From Pelomyxa schiedti (taxonomy: Eukaryota > Protista > Evosea), in contig JAHLWZ010000694.1 of NCBI GenBank assembly GCA_020536535.1, positions 1 through 64,000 on the forward strand: a stretch of 64,000 nucleotides of DNA. The letters are read 5' to 3'. Below are positions 12,748 to 25,044 of this stretch, one piece after another. Under the pieces are notes generated by a model, which saw nothing but the letters and a program-made list of their open reading frames with translations, was not told the origin of the DNA and searched no databases. The position numbers and the translations under genes were made by a program. Within the stretch, counting starts at the first letter, position 1. The number at the start of each line of letters is the position of its first letter.

Positions 12748-13722
12748 ATCTCCTCCAAGATTTATGAGCTTGTTTGGTTTTTCTGAAAAATTTCCGGAGC
12801 AGCTGATCTCAGAGCGTAAATACGTATTATGGGCCCTGTTCCTGGGGCAGGATCTTGACAGCAAGCCCCACTTCGAGAAATCTACCAGCACCAACTCAGT
12901 CCTACCGCCTGTGGAGTAAAATAATGACACTTCAGCAAGTGAAATGAACGATGAGCCGGTTCACAATCCACTGAATGGGGAGGCATGCGAATAGAAATCT
13001 CACTGAGGGAAGTTCATAGCCAGTTCTTATTGATTGCAGGAAGTGCGAGCAGAAGGGTGTTTCATGGCCAAATCCCCACTTTAAGGAGTCTTCAGCACCT
13101 TCTGTTCACGGGTATAGTATTTTTTGGGGGGGTCACAAAACCGGAGGCAAACGCCAGGCAATAGCAGGATAGGTCAAGTCCCTCTCATTATGAAGCATTC
13201 CGCGCCTCACAACCAACTCGTGAGTGATTCCCTTCAGCGTCAGCGAAATCCCAATCACAAACATACTTTCGGAGCACTACACGCCAGTTCTCGATACCGA
13301 ACCAGCCGTCCCATAAGTGCCTCGAGGCCCCTGGTCTGGCATCTCCCCGTCAGCCTCTCGCACTGCCCCACGACTTTGTCTTCCTCGGTCGTTTTTTGTG
13401 CCGGGTTTTTGCTAATTGGGCCTCGTTGAGCAGGACGAGTGCTCACCTCGGGGGCGACGCGGAGATCGTTGTATAAGATGCGAGACACAGCGCGGCCATT
13501 CAAAATAATGCAATTACACGTCGAAGAGGTTTTCGTGTAATGGATACTCAAGTTGCCAATGACTTGTTCCGATACTCCTCTCCCTCGTTCATGCCTGTGT
13601 GTGTGTATGTTTGTAGGGCAGCCGCAAGTGCGCAGTCCTCCAGAGCACCGACGGCTTTTTTGGATAATCAAGATCCGAAGGACAAAAAATAAACAAGGTG
13701 TGAAGTAGGTTGCGGAGGGGCG

Positions 13723-16700
13723 ATGACGGACGCGACGTCGGGAGCGAAGAAAGAAAAAATCGTACTCCCGGCTGGGGGTCTGTGGTCTGCATTGTCGTCC
13801 AAGCCGCACCACCCACAGCCGTCGCTGCAAACTATTGCGCGCACCCAAGACCAAACCCATGGCCAGACCCATAATCACACTCACACCCACACCCACAACC
13901 ACAACCAAGCCAACGCCCCTGCTTCCTCACGACCAATTGCGCTGGCTGATTCGCACGCGCCGCCCATAATCGAACCCCAGGGGGGCTCGGCGGAACTGCC
14001 CCCCACCACCACCACCACCACCACAAAACCCACGCAAAATGCCAAGCGCCTCACGTCGTTGCTCCCTCTGCTTACTTCATCTTCGTCGGCATCCACGACG
14101 AGACAACCGTCGCACCAGGAATCAGCCTCGCAGCACACGAGTGTCACAAGTGGCGTAAACAGTAAGAATGAGGCCGAGACACCCGGCAGCGCGAAACCGA
14201 CCAGCGGCGCATTGTCCGGCGCGGGGCCTGCTTCAGGCGCATCATCATCAAATTCAAATTCCACGAACAAAAGCGTGCCGGCGAAGAAGGCGGGGGCGGT
14301 TCTGCACTTGTTGTACAAGTCGGATGGCGGTATGTTTAGTTTTTTCTTGTCAGCAGCTCAGTGACCATGCCTAACTTGTGAACCCACAGCCAATTTGCGG
14401 CAGCCTGATGCCTCGAAGAAACTCGCAGAACCCACTCCACGAATTCCAAAAGACAAACCACTTCCACAGCCAAAAACTAAAGCAGCCAAAGTCAAACAAC
14501 ACCCCCCGACAAGGCCTGTCCCTGAAAATCCTTTATTACCACCACCCCCAGACCCACCAACAAGGAAAATACCTCTCACACCTGCTGTTGCCACTCTCCC
14601 TCCTCCACCGCCACCACCTCTTTCAGTTGAAGAAATGATTGAAATTTCTCTTCACCAACCAAAAGCCTCCCTTCCCCCACCAAGTACCCCTGCACCATTA
14701 AGCAGCTCGGAAAGAAGTACATCCAACCCATCACTAACACCACCACCAAAAGTACCCCCTGTAGTGATTCAGTCTCCTTGCACGCCACTTGTACCCTCCC
14801 ACCTTGTGACACCTCCCAACAGACCCAGTTTTTTCCATCCAAATCTCAACACCCCCGCATCTCTCATTGAATCACCGTTTTTCATTACCGCATCTCTCCT
14901 TGATTTTCAGCTTCTTTCTAATGAGAGCACAGCCCAGGCACTTACCCCATCCCGTCCACGACGTAGAAGGTTGCCTCCACTTTTTGCAGTCAAAAACCTA
15001 CTAAAGACTTCTCTCCTTTAGTTTGACAACTCCTCATAGTGGCTCGTCAAGGTAACAGTGCAACTGATTTAATATCAGTTTTATGTCTTACCCCTTCAAG
15101 AAGGAATACAATAATGAACAGGAGATGCTCTTTACGTAGTGACAGTAATATTCCTTTTTTTTTTTATAAAAAACCAAAATTAATATGAGGGTTGGTTTTT
15201 GTGAACGTACTTAACTTTGCATTATGTACACAGTGATTCTTCCACTTATGGTAGCCACTTTTCCCCAAAAACCTTGATTTTTCTCGATCTCACTACTCTT
15301 TTGAAACAAAATAGTTTGATGGTGACAACCCAGAAAACGTTCCCCAAGGTAACGACATCAAAATGTTCTTTTTTTTCCTAATTTTCCTCCCAAATTATCA
15401 GTAAACATTCCACCCCCTCAGGTATATATTGAAATCTGCTTCTATTTTACAAATTTCACGTTTCTAGTCAGACAAAAAAGGAATAGAATCCCCGGCTCTT
15501 CTTCAATCCGTTCCCACTCCACACACGATCAATCAAAACCCACCCTCTCTTCAAGACCCACTTCCCTTGCCTGAAACTGCAAGTCATCTACCTACAGAAA
15601 CCAATACTGTAAATGTGAAGGCAACTCTTTCAGCAATTACACCTCCACACCGAAACCTGCTCGAAAAGAAAACTTGTAAATCACCGGCTTCCCTCAATCT
15701 CACTTCATCTGAAGCTCCCTCTCCTCCTCATCCAAAGCGTACAAAATGTTCTATTGAAGCGCCCCACAATATTTGTACTATTGACCCACCACAAGTGGAA
15801 GAAAATCGGCAAGAAACAGTCAACACTACCTCACATACCAAAACAACATCCACAAAATCAATTCGAGTCATCAGCCAGGAGGAGAATCAACTTAGCAAAG
15901 CACCACCTTCCAAGTTAGCCAAAATTCAAAATACTCTCCCGCACACTGTAGTTTCTGAAACTCCACCGAAGGTCAAACCTCCTCTGGAGGCAAGCCATGA
16001 CACAGAAAAAGTTTCCACTATTCCAGCTCAAACACCTCCAGTGCAACCACCGCCACTACCACCACAAGAACCTACAACAGTAATACTTCCACCATCAACT
16101 ATCTTATCCACCGAAACTCCACACGCCCATCATCAAACCAAGCCTCAAGCTAGTCAACCAGTGATACATCCCAGGGACAAAATGAGGAAAGGCCCTTTTG
16201 ACCAAATTGATGACTCTCCAATTTCACCACCACTTACACCAGAACAGTTTCATGAAAGAATATACAGTTTCGGAAATGTACGTCACTTCTGAAGCACTTA
16301 ATGGAACTAACTCCCCAAAAGAGACTTAAATTGCAAATCTCAGCAACTTGCAGTTCTCTGCCAGATACTACATACCTTCAGGAATCCCGTGTGTTTTCCT
16401 ATTTACTATTAGGAAATACTAACACGAAACAATTCAAGTTCGGTCCATCTCAGAGAAATGGTGTCAGATGATATACATGCAGTGTGTAACTGACACCATA
16501 CCTGATGACGCACCCCTCTCTTCTCTGCTGGAGGCATCTTTAAATGAGAAAGAAAATGAAACACGCGTACAAGAGCAACAAAAGTATGTTTCTTTGTGAC
16601 ACTCAACTCTCATGTTATCCTAGATTGCTTGCGGAGTTGAAACAGTGGCAAGAAATTGTTTCCATTCTGGATTTGAGCCACAAGGTCGATCCATCGTTAT

Positions 16701-17199
16701 TTAAATATCTGCAGGGAGTCCCTGAAACAGCATCATCAAGCTCACCAACGATTCCTGTAACATCACCCAAGCTCCTACCAACCCTAAAACCGCCGGAACC
16801 TCTACCCAGTTCACCGGACACTACACCTTCACCTATTCCAGAAGGAATCAAGAATTTCCTGGAAGGTCCCTCCCCACTGGAAAAGTGCTCCGCTTATGTA
16901 TGTTCCCCAAAACCCGCAATTTCCCCCCGATACTTACAAATAACCCACAACAGATTGACCAACAACTGACCAGGGTTCACCATTACGCTGAGGAGCTGAG
17001 TGAGGTAAGGAAAGGCCTCGACGCAATGGCGCAGCATGCACCACACAACAGTGGTACTGGTCTCAGTGCCAATATCAAACCAATGTCAATACCATCACTC
17101 TCCCTGCTGGAATCACTCTCTGCTACTGCACTCGACCTGGAGCAGTTGCAGCTCAGTGACGTAGCACCAAATAAAAGTAACTCAAAAACCCACCTCTGA
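13723..17199 (+). CDS. Large Pro/Ser/Thr-rich hypothetical protein with a helical C-terminus (possibly two genes)
   Basis: Consecutive plus-strand ORFs 13723-14364, 14395-15021, 15567-16292, 16544-16969 and 16885-17199, linked by intron-like segments. The C-terminus is amphipathic (LLAELKQWQEIV, IDQQLTRVHHYAEEL); only a faint resemblance to kinetochore Dsn1/Mis13. Confidence 0.5.
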
Positions 17200-17353
17200 G
17201 ATCCAAATGCCTCCTCCCCTGTACAAACTAGCAAAAAACAAAAAGCGACAACACTGGCATCTCATGCCTGAAAAGAAATTCTGATGTGTCATAACCGCCT
17301 ACGCATAAAAACCGAAGATCAAACACAAAAAACAAATAAAAAAAAAACAAGAA

Positions 17354-18300
17354 ATGCCAGTGTGCCAAGCGTGTTGTAACCAGGCACACACATGTGACGT
17401 GGGGAGATGCAATAGGTGCGGATCTCATACACCGTCTGGTATGTGCAGGCTGTGTTCTGGGTGCAGTATGAATCTGGGCCAGTGTATGTACTGCGGGAAA
17501 CAGGTGGCACCACCGGTTGCAGTCACACCGCCAGGACCTCCGCTTCCTGTTGTTTTGCCTCCTCCCCCAAGGATGATGGGTGCTGTCGCCCCGCCAATTC
17601 ATCTACCTCCTATGATGGGAATGGTAAGCCCTCGTATTTCACTCGTAAGACTGTGTCTAACACAACCCCAAAAAAACAAACAAAAAAAACCGAACTCAAT
17701 AGCCACCGATCAGAAGGGACCCTCTCCCACCACCGCTCCCACCTGATCCCTTCACTCAGAACAGAGAATGGGCAACAATTTTCCAAGCTGCTGGTTTCTC
17801 AGAACCCCAACTTCAGTTCCCGCCTGTTCGTTTGGCTATACTTCGACAAGTTCACAGAAATTCCTCACCTCCAGAGCATATGCCTTCCATATCTTCAATC
17901 CCAGGAAAGATGTCCCTACTCTAAGCGCCGGCTATTAACTGTGAAACAGATAAGGCTTTCCTCATTACCGATCTTGGAAACCTACGAACGCGAATTGACA
18001 GGAACCTTGCAAAATTGCGCTGTCATTCAGGTCACAGTTTGTCTGCCAAATCACCAGCCCAATTGACACACGAAAATCCGGGCTATTCCTCTGGGTATGA
18101 AAGCCAACATAAAACAATCTTTTGTAAAACAACAAAGGTTCCGCTGTGACCTCTGCTCTGTTACATATCCGGCTACCAAGAAGTCCATGCATTGCAGCAT
18201 TTGCCAGTAATCTCCCACATCTGACATAACACACCCCTAACTGGAATGCCAAAGGTTCGACATGTGTGACAAATGTGGCCTTGCTCGTATGGAGGGATAA
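17354..18300 (+). CDS. Multi-zinc-finger protein: N-terminal CRIPT-like Cys cluster, poly-Pro, C-terminal C1/DC1-like finger
   Basis: N-terminus CQAC...CNRC...LCSGCSMNLGQCMYCGKQV. Spliced C-terminus LRCHSGHSL...GYSSG|FRCDLC...SMHCSICQ|FDMCDKC, stop at 18298-18300. Confidence 0.6.
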
Positions 18301-18388
18301 AACCAAATGCTAAGAAAAGGACACTTTTTGTGAATATTTATTCCCTTGATTTACCCATAAAAACAAAACAAGTCGTTCTTGTGAATCC

Positions 18389-21300
18389 TCAGGCAAGGTA
18401 TACTTGTATAACACTCTCAATTTTTGCGCGGCACATGGGACACTCTGTGAGAGTCACACTGCACTTGAGGCAGCATGCTATGTGTTTGCAGGGGAAAAAC
18501 AGAACTTCCCTTTGATTGGCCAAGCATACAACACACTCGTTGCTGAAGGAACTTGTGTTTATGGCGGCTGTAGCTGCGGCGGCTGCGGAGGAGGCCACGG
18601 ATGACAGAGTGGGAGCAGAACTTGCTGTAGTGGCAGTTTTACTTTTTTCTGTGATGACCACAGTACCTGCACTTTTGTGTTTGGTCTGTTAACGGACCGG
18701 GAATTGTTAATGACGAGGCGAGTTACCTGCCATCCACATTTAGCATATCACCGTCCGATATTTCTTCCATAAGGCCTGGAACCCCCACCACGGCGGGGAT
18801 TCCAAGTTCTCGGGCGGTAATTGCTCCGTGTGAAAGTATACCTCCGTTGGCAACAACAACCGCAGCGGCCTTTTTGGTTTAGAAAAGAATGGGAGAGAAC
18901 GAACTACCTTTAAGAACAACGGTGTCCAAGCAGGGTCCGTTGTAGAGCAAACAAGGATGTGGCCCACAGGAAGTTTGCTCATTCCCTCGTAAGGTGAGAG
19001 CACAACACACGCAGGAGCAGAGGCGAAACCAATGCTTGCTGCTAATCCCGAGAGCTGCTTCAGTGCTGTTGGTTCCTTTGAATCGGCTATCGCAGGTCCT
19101 GGGAATTCACTTACTAAAGTAGAGGCAAGAAAGTAATAGAGGCACACCTAGTACTTCAGGGAGTGGGCGTTTGGCGGAAGAAGGAATCCGAAATGCCGTA
19201 TTGCCAATGAACAACTCTGGTGCAACCATATTTTCAAAGTGTTGTACTTGCAGTTTGTTGTGCTCAATGGAGGCACGAAGTCGAGGAATTTCTACTCCAG
19301 TCTCTCTTGCATTGGTTAGCCTTTATTTAAATAGTGGTGGATGTAAAGTAAAGGAAGATACAAAGAATTAAAGACTTCTTCTAAGGAGAGGTAGAAGAGA
19401 TCTCCTTGGTTCTCAATAACACCCTTGGCAAAAAGGAGCTGTGCCATTCGAACGAGATATTTCCTTAGTTAATTTAGAGCTCGTTATGGCCGCTTGTCGT
19501 CAACCTGCAAAGGGCAATGTACAAAACCACTAGACACTTAGAATTTTCACGCCATCGTGTCATTTCCTGAAATCGTGCAAGAACCTTCCTAAATGATTTA
19601 GAGTGGATTAATTACTTGTTGGATTACGTCAAAAGCGGTCGAAGAAGAAAGGACTGAGATTTTAGTGCAGCCTGTTCTGCGGTTTGCCGCATCTGAATGA
19701 GTTGGGTAATGCGCTGCGAGGCTTTATCTTCTTCTCCTCTTGTTAAAGTTTGCTAATTGGTAATGAGTGTGATTTGCCTCAAAGAACATCAAACACCTAC
19801 AGCTATTGAAGAAACAAGTCTAACAACAATTTCCGGTGCTTCACACCATCTGGGGCAGGCCACCTCCAATTCTCTCTCCCCTCGGAAACCATATTGCCTT
19901 ATGAATTTCCTTAGTTCAGTCATAAACCGGGTCCCATTCAAGTCTGTTTCCCAGGTAGGTGGCAAAGGGTTCTGTAAATGGTGAGCTGATATATTGTATT
20001 TATTCTCTTTACTTGATTGATCATATGCATTACGTCAAGATCTTGTGATGCTGTTTGTGCAAGGGAATAAAGGTCCTGGTTTTGTTCTGCTGTCCATACT
20101 CCTCCAAGGCTTGCAAGTAGCACTTAACTTGTTTTATTTCTTCACTTGCTTTCTTGGATAATACCTGTTATTGTCTTGGGATCTCGAAACACTTCACCAA
20201 GAATGGATGTGTATACCGAGACGTGAACTGTTAAGTTCATGTACCTATAGAATGCCCGTAACAATTTGGGGAGACAAAATCTGACTCACATTACTCCAAT
20301 GGAAACGAAGTTGTCAATCATTTCTTGTAATTGCTGGGCAGCCTGTTCAAGTGACAATGCTTCACCATTGAAATTATTGTATTTATCAAGAAGGGTTTCC
20401 TTTGCATCTGTGACCATTTGCTCAACACCCAAAACAAAACTACTGGAAGACCACATCATGGATAGGACTGTCCAGAAGCCTTGCATACGCTTAAGATACC
20501 CTACGGCAGGGTAGGAAGCGAGCTTTGCAACATTATCTGGAATGTTGAACTGGAAAACTGTCATTTTGAATTGAGCTCTTTGCAGGAATGCACACAATTT
20601 TGCATGTATCAGCCCATGATGCACCAACAAACTTCTCAGACATCTCATGAGTAACATTTACATTCTGAAAAGTTCTCCCCCATTTGATAGCATAAAATCC
20701 CCGATCCTAATCGACTGAGACGAAAGGGTCAAAGCAAACAAGAAAATTACCGCGTTGTAGGAAACACCACTAGCAGTACAAAGTTCCAACATACTTGTGT
20801 CGATTATTTGTTTGAAGGTTGTCCAAGTCAGAGGTGTTAGTGCATAGCCCATACTCTCCCGAGTGTTAGCACACGAGAAGATGTCCCTAAAACAATGAGC
20901 TTTGAAGTGGAAAGTACAGCACACGGTTGAGAGGAAACTGGTTTCATGGCAGCTCTAGTCACAGGCCTTGATTGCAAGAACCACAATGTAGAGCCGTCCC
21001 ATGCCCACTCGATGTCCTGGGGGGAATGAAGACGTTTCTCAAGTAACACTGACTGAGAAAGAAGTTGTTGCCAACCAGCTTCTGGCATCAAGGCCGTATG
21101 CTCAGTTGATGCCTGATAATATTAAACCCGTGCATTGTCAATTGAAGTATTACCCCACAATGGGATTTTAATTCCAAAGATTGCTTATCAAAAGAGAACT
21201 GTAATGGGTAATTATGTTAATATGAATAAAAAGAGCTTCTTTGTTACCTGTGAAGGAAGCACTGTTCCAGATACAACAGCATCCCCAAGTCCTTGTGCAC

Positions 21301-22590
21301 AGTTGACCACAATGTCGGGACTGCCATTGACAGGATTAACTGTGAAAAGAACCTTGTTTTATGTTAAAAAGCATTACAGGACAGTAAGTCCATACTCCAG
21401 AGCACACAGGGTGTACCATGCACTGAACAATAACTGCAAATTTCACGTCTTTTGAGCTAGCACCTTCTCCTAGTGCTAATCGATAAAGGGATGACCTTTC
21501 ATTGCTATGTGGAATGGAGATTAGAAAGAGTGAAAGATATCTGTAGTTACCTAGCCGAATCCCAGCACTTAATAATATTCTCACGTAGATTCTCAGGGTT
21601 AACATTGAGGATGGTATCGTGCATACCAGCAAATGCATGCTGTTTGGAGTCTTCTTCGACACCTGATGAGCGAACTGCAACAAGTGGAAGAGTTTCTGCG
21701 GCTGCGGGAGAAATCTCTGCTCCAGGCTTGGTGTGAGTAAATCTAGCAGGGTTACTTAATCGCATATCGACGTGATACGCAACTTGTGTGTAAGCCATTT
21801 TTCCAGCAGTAGTGTGGTTTGCGTTTCGATCTCATGAGAGAGCTCTTCAGGCCAACAAGAAGCCACATTATGAACATGAGATGACCTTGGAGGGGTCCCA
21901 CTATGTTGAACTGAGAAACGGTGACTTCACAAATACAAAACATCGTGGCGAAATTACGTGAGCTGGATGTTGTGGTGGCCAGTTGTGACACAGAACTAAA
22001 GCTTGCGCTCGTGGGGGGCGGAGCCGCCGCTGAAGTTGCAACAGTGGTTTGCGTCAGTGCAGGCTCACTTGCAGGAGAACTAGAGCTTGTTGCCATGGTA
22101 ATTGGCATTGTGAGGGCAGATTCAGTCAAAGCCGGGTGTTTGGCTTTAAACAAGTCGTATGCTGGGCATGTGATAACGTAACCTAGAATTAAAAAAAACC
22201 CATTAATATCAACGAAAACCTAATACCTACGAGTAGGGAAAAAAGAGGAGAGAGAGAAAGAAAAAAAAAAAACAAGGCACCAGGAGGCACTGTCAACCCG
22301 GCGTCAATCAACAACGACAAAGATGCCGCTTTTCCGCCAACCAATTGCACATCTCCGGAGGCATGCAAACCAACACAATAAGGTGATGTCCTCACAGCGG
22401 ATCTTGCCTGTCCGGATAAGTTCGTTGTCGTGGTAGTTGTCATCTTCGTCGTTTTGATCGGCGTTTTCCTTCTCTGAAGAGTGATTGAATTCCATTCAAG
22501 ATCGTGAACCTCTGGCTTCGAAGGCTGCCATTCACGCCCCGAGATTAGTGATACCGTCTTGGGGGTGAAATAAGATGGTTTGGAACTCAT
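18389..22590 (-). CDS. PEP-utilising dikinase (rifampin phosphotransferase / PEP synthase-like) fused to a C-terminal C3HC4 RING finger
   Basis: ATP-grasp motifs VGGKAASL, VAVRSSGVEED...FAGMHDTILNV, AVIVQCMV, GLGDAVVSG and PQDIEWAW...LQSRPVT; central RPH-like region (CANTRESMGYALTPL, FIRQYGFRG...PRW); phospho-His domain TDPAWTPLF...GGILSHGAITARELGIPAVVG; then RING CVVC...FFPCKHIACCLKCSVTLTECPMCR. Confidence 0.85.
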
Positions 22591-23147
22591 GTTTGAGAAA
22601 GGAGACGAGCAGGGGACTGAGAACCTTAACAATCCACCCTATTGGCACGTGATCCAACACTTGAGGACACATAAAAACGGTCTTATACAGTTCACACAAC
22701 ACTTCCGGGAAAGACGGTTATTTCCAAAACCCAACAACGAGGCCGCCGGAATTTTCCATTGCGCTCGCTGCCTTGTAGGGAAGGAGACATGTAGATATAT
22801 AGATTGCGCTGATAGCCATCATGGCCGTATAAGGAGATCCAGCTTGACCCGGGTAAGATGTTTGATGCCGAAGTGTTCGTTACGCAGAAATCAGGTTCTT
22901 TATGTGCAAGACAAAATGTCTCTTCAGAACTACAAAAAGACCCATCGATGACAGAATTAAGCAGGTCCCAGAAGTCGCAAATAAAGAACTAAAAAAAAAC
23001 AAGAAGCGAGCTCGCTATTAAAGACCTGCTCGAGGTACAAAACTAGTACCCACAAACAAAACCATAAATACTTATCAAAACCGTTGGCCTCCGCCTTATA
23101 TTACTAGTTCAGGCCTGTTATTCTTATTATTGAGTTATTGAGAGGAA

Positions 23148-24863
23148 TGAGTTTAAATCAGTCAGTATCACTACAGGTACCGTAATACTACTTCTATAGT
23201 ACTTACTGCTCTCTCTAACTTCTTTTTTTTCTCTTTTTTTTTTTTTCTTTCATCCCATTGTTGTGTTGTCCGTTCATGAACAGGCAAACCAGCAGTCTGG
23301 TTATTTCTTTGTTCCTCAAGGCGGCGATTCCGCGTCTCCAACACTACAACAAGCCACCCAAGGGGGTGAACTAGCTCAACCCCAATGCTTTTTGGACTTG
23401 GTGCGACTTGCCGAGATTCTAAGCTGGAAGCAACGCCAGTATCCGCAAGAACAACAACTTCAAAACCAACAACTTCAAAACCAACAATTCTATCAACCTC
23501 CACCAACACACCAACCTGCTCCCCAAATACCGGACTTCTGCCAACAAGTACCAACGATACTCGGGATAGGTCAGTACTGGGACTCTGTGGCAGATGCGTT
23601 ACAAACCTCCCAGAACGTGCCAAATCCGATAGTTCCTGAGGGTCCCTCTACACCGCTTCAGAATCAGCAACCAGAACAACAACTGCTGGCGTTGATAGCA
23701 CAACAGCGGGAACAGCAGTTCCGACTTCAAGGACAACTGGCATTGTTCGCAGGATTGCAGTCCTTGGTTGACCACACACAGAGAAACCGCCCTCTAAACC
23801 AGCCTCGCCCAAGGCTTGTACCAGATTTAAGTCTCGAGAAAAATCTATACACTTGGCCACAGCCCCAAGTAAAGACGGACTTTCCCTCGAGCCTCATGCC
23901 CCCACCTGGGTCTCTGCCTCGTGGAGTCCCTTCACTGTGCACTTCACCCCCACCCCCACAAACACCCCCATCACCACTGCCGCCGTCTACACCTTCCAGG
24001 ATACCGCCATTGCAACTTGATCCTTTCACAATCGACCCCACAGTAAGACCTAAGTCCAACAACGAGGCAGTAAAAGGAAAAGCCGAGATTTTCCTCTCCT
24101 CCGACAAGATTTTTAGGCACAAGAAGTTCCAGGTATGGTTTACCCAAATGTGGTCCTCCACTAAGGGAAAAAAAAGATGGTGATCAAGATTGACAAGGCA
24201 CTTAAAAACTCTCTGATGCTTAGCAATGATGACATTTTTATTGCTGGTCTGAATGCTAGAGTATGCAGAGAGAAATCCGAAGAAGGTAGTTCAGTGAGTA
24301 CTTTCAGTTCTTTAGCCTAACATCCTGTCATAGAAGTAGAAAGCTGCATGCAATGCTCCCCAACTCGAAAACTACTAGTCCTCAATGTGTCACCCCGCTC
24401 ACCCTTTTACCCCGGAATGATGTATAAGACAAATCCCAATGCCGATATGGAGGAGTTTATTTTTGATGAGTGCCATTCTAACTGCTCCAGTTCCAGGTTC
24501 CTTTTTCCCTGCTCTCATATCCTATCTTCTAACTTGGAGCAGAGACCATTTGCACACGGCACTGAGAATTGTTGTGGAACTTCACCCTACTCTCATATTG
24601 CATTCTTCCCCTTTCGTTTTGCAGTCCCGCGCTTCCCAAAGCTCAAGTACGAATGACTTGAAAGTCCCTCAAAAAAATCAAGCTAACCTAATCCTCTAAG
24701 GGAAAAGTGCCTCTCCCAAGGCCTCGCGCACTCCGCGCACGCCCAAGCTTTCTCCAATAGACTACGCCAACCTTAATGACTCACCAATATGCAAGCCAAC
24801 TAAAGTTCGCCGAACTGCAAACGCACCCCCAGTGCAAGCAATTCCCATTCATCCAAGGGAATA
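23148..24863 (+). CDS. CudA-like transcription factor with Q/P-rich N-terminus
   Basis: IFRHKKFQ, ESCMQC and EFIFDECHSNCSSSR|DHLHTALRIVVEL...SSPFVLQSR resemble the amoebozoan CudA DNA-binding region. Start and end approximate. Confidence 0.6.
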
Positions 24864-25044
24864 ATTCAGGAAGGGCACAAGGGGATTAGACACCAGCATT
24901 ATTTATCAGCCACCATAGGAATTTGGAACTTACTCCACCACCATGTACTAGTTGAGATATCTATTTAAGGAGGAAAAACGAAACAAAATTTTGTTCATTT
25001 TGGTAAAATAGTTTTTTTTCTCTACCCGAGACTCTCTGGCTTCT

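Noticed and set aside
13043-13110. SECIS element or SRP helix 8
   Set aside because: Quartet-to-loop spacing and helix lengths do not fit, and no adjacent selenoprotein is evident.
22640-22951. Cys-containing plus-strand ORF upstream of the CudA-like gene
   Set aside because: Non-ATG start overlapping the dikinase 5' end and no recognisable motif; probably promoter or UTR sequence.
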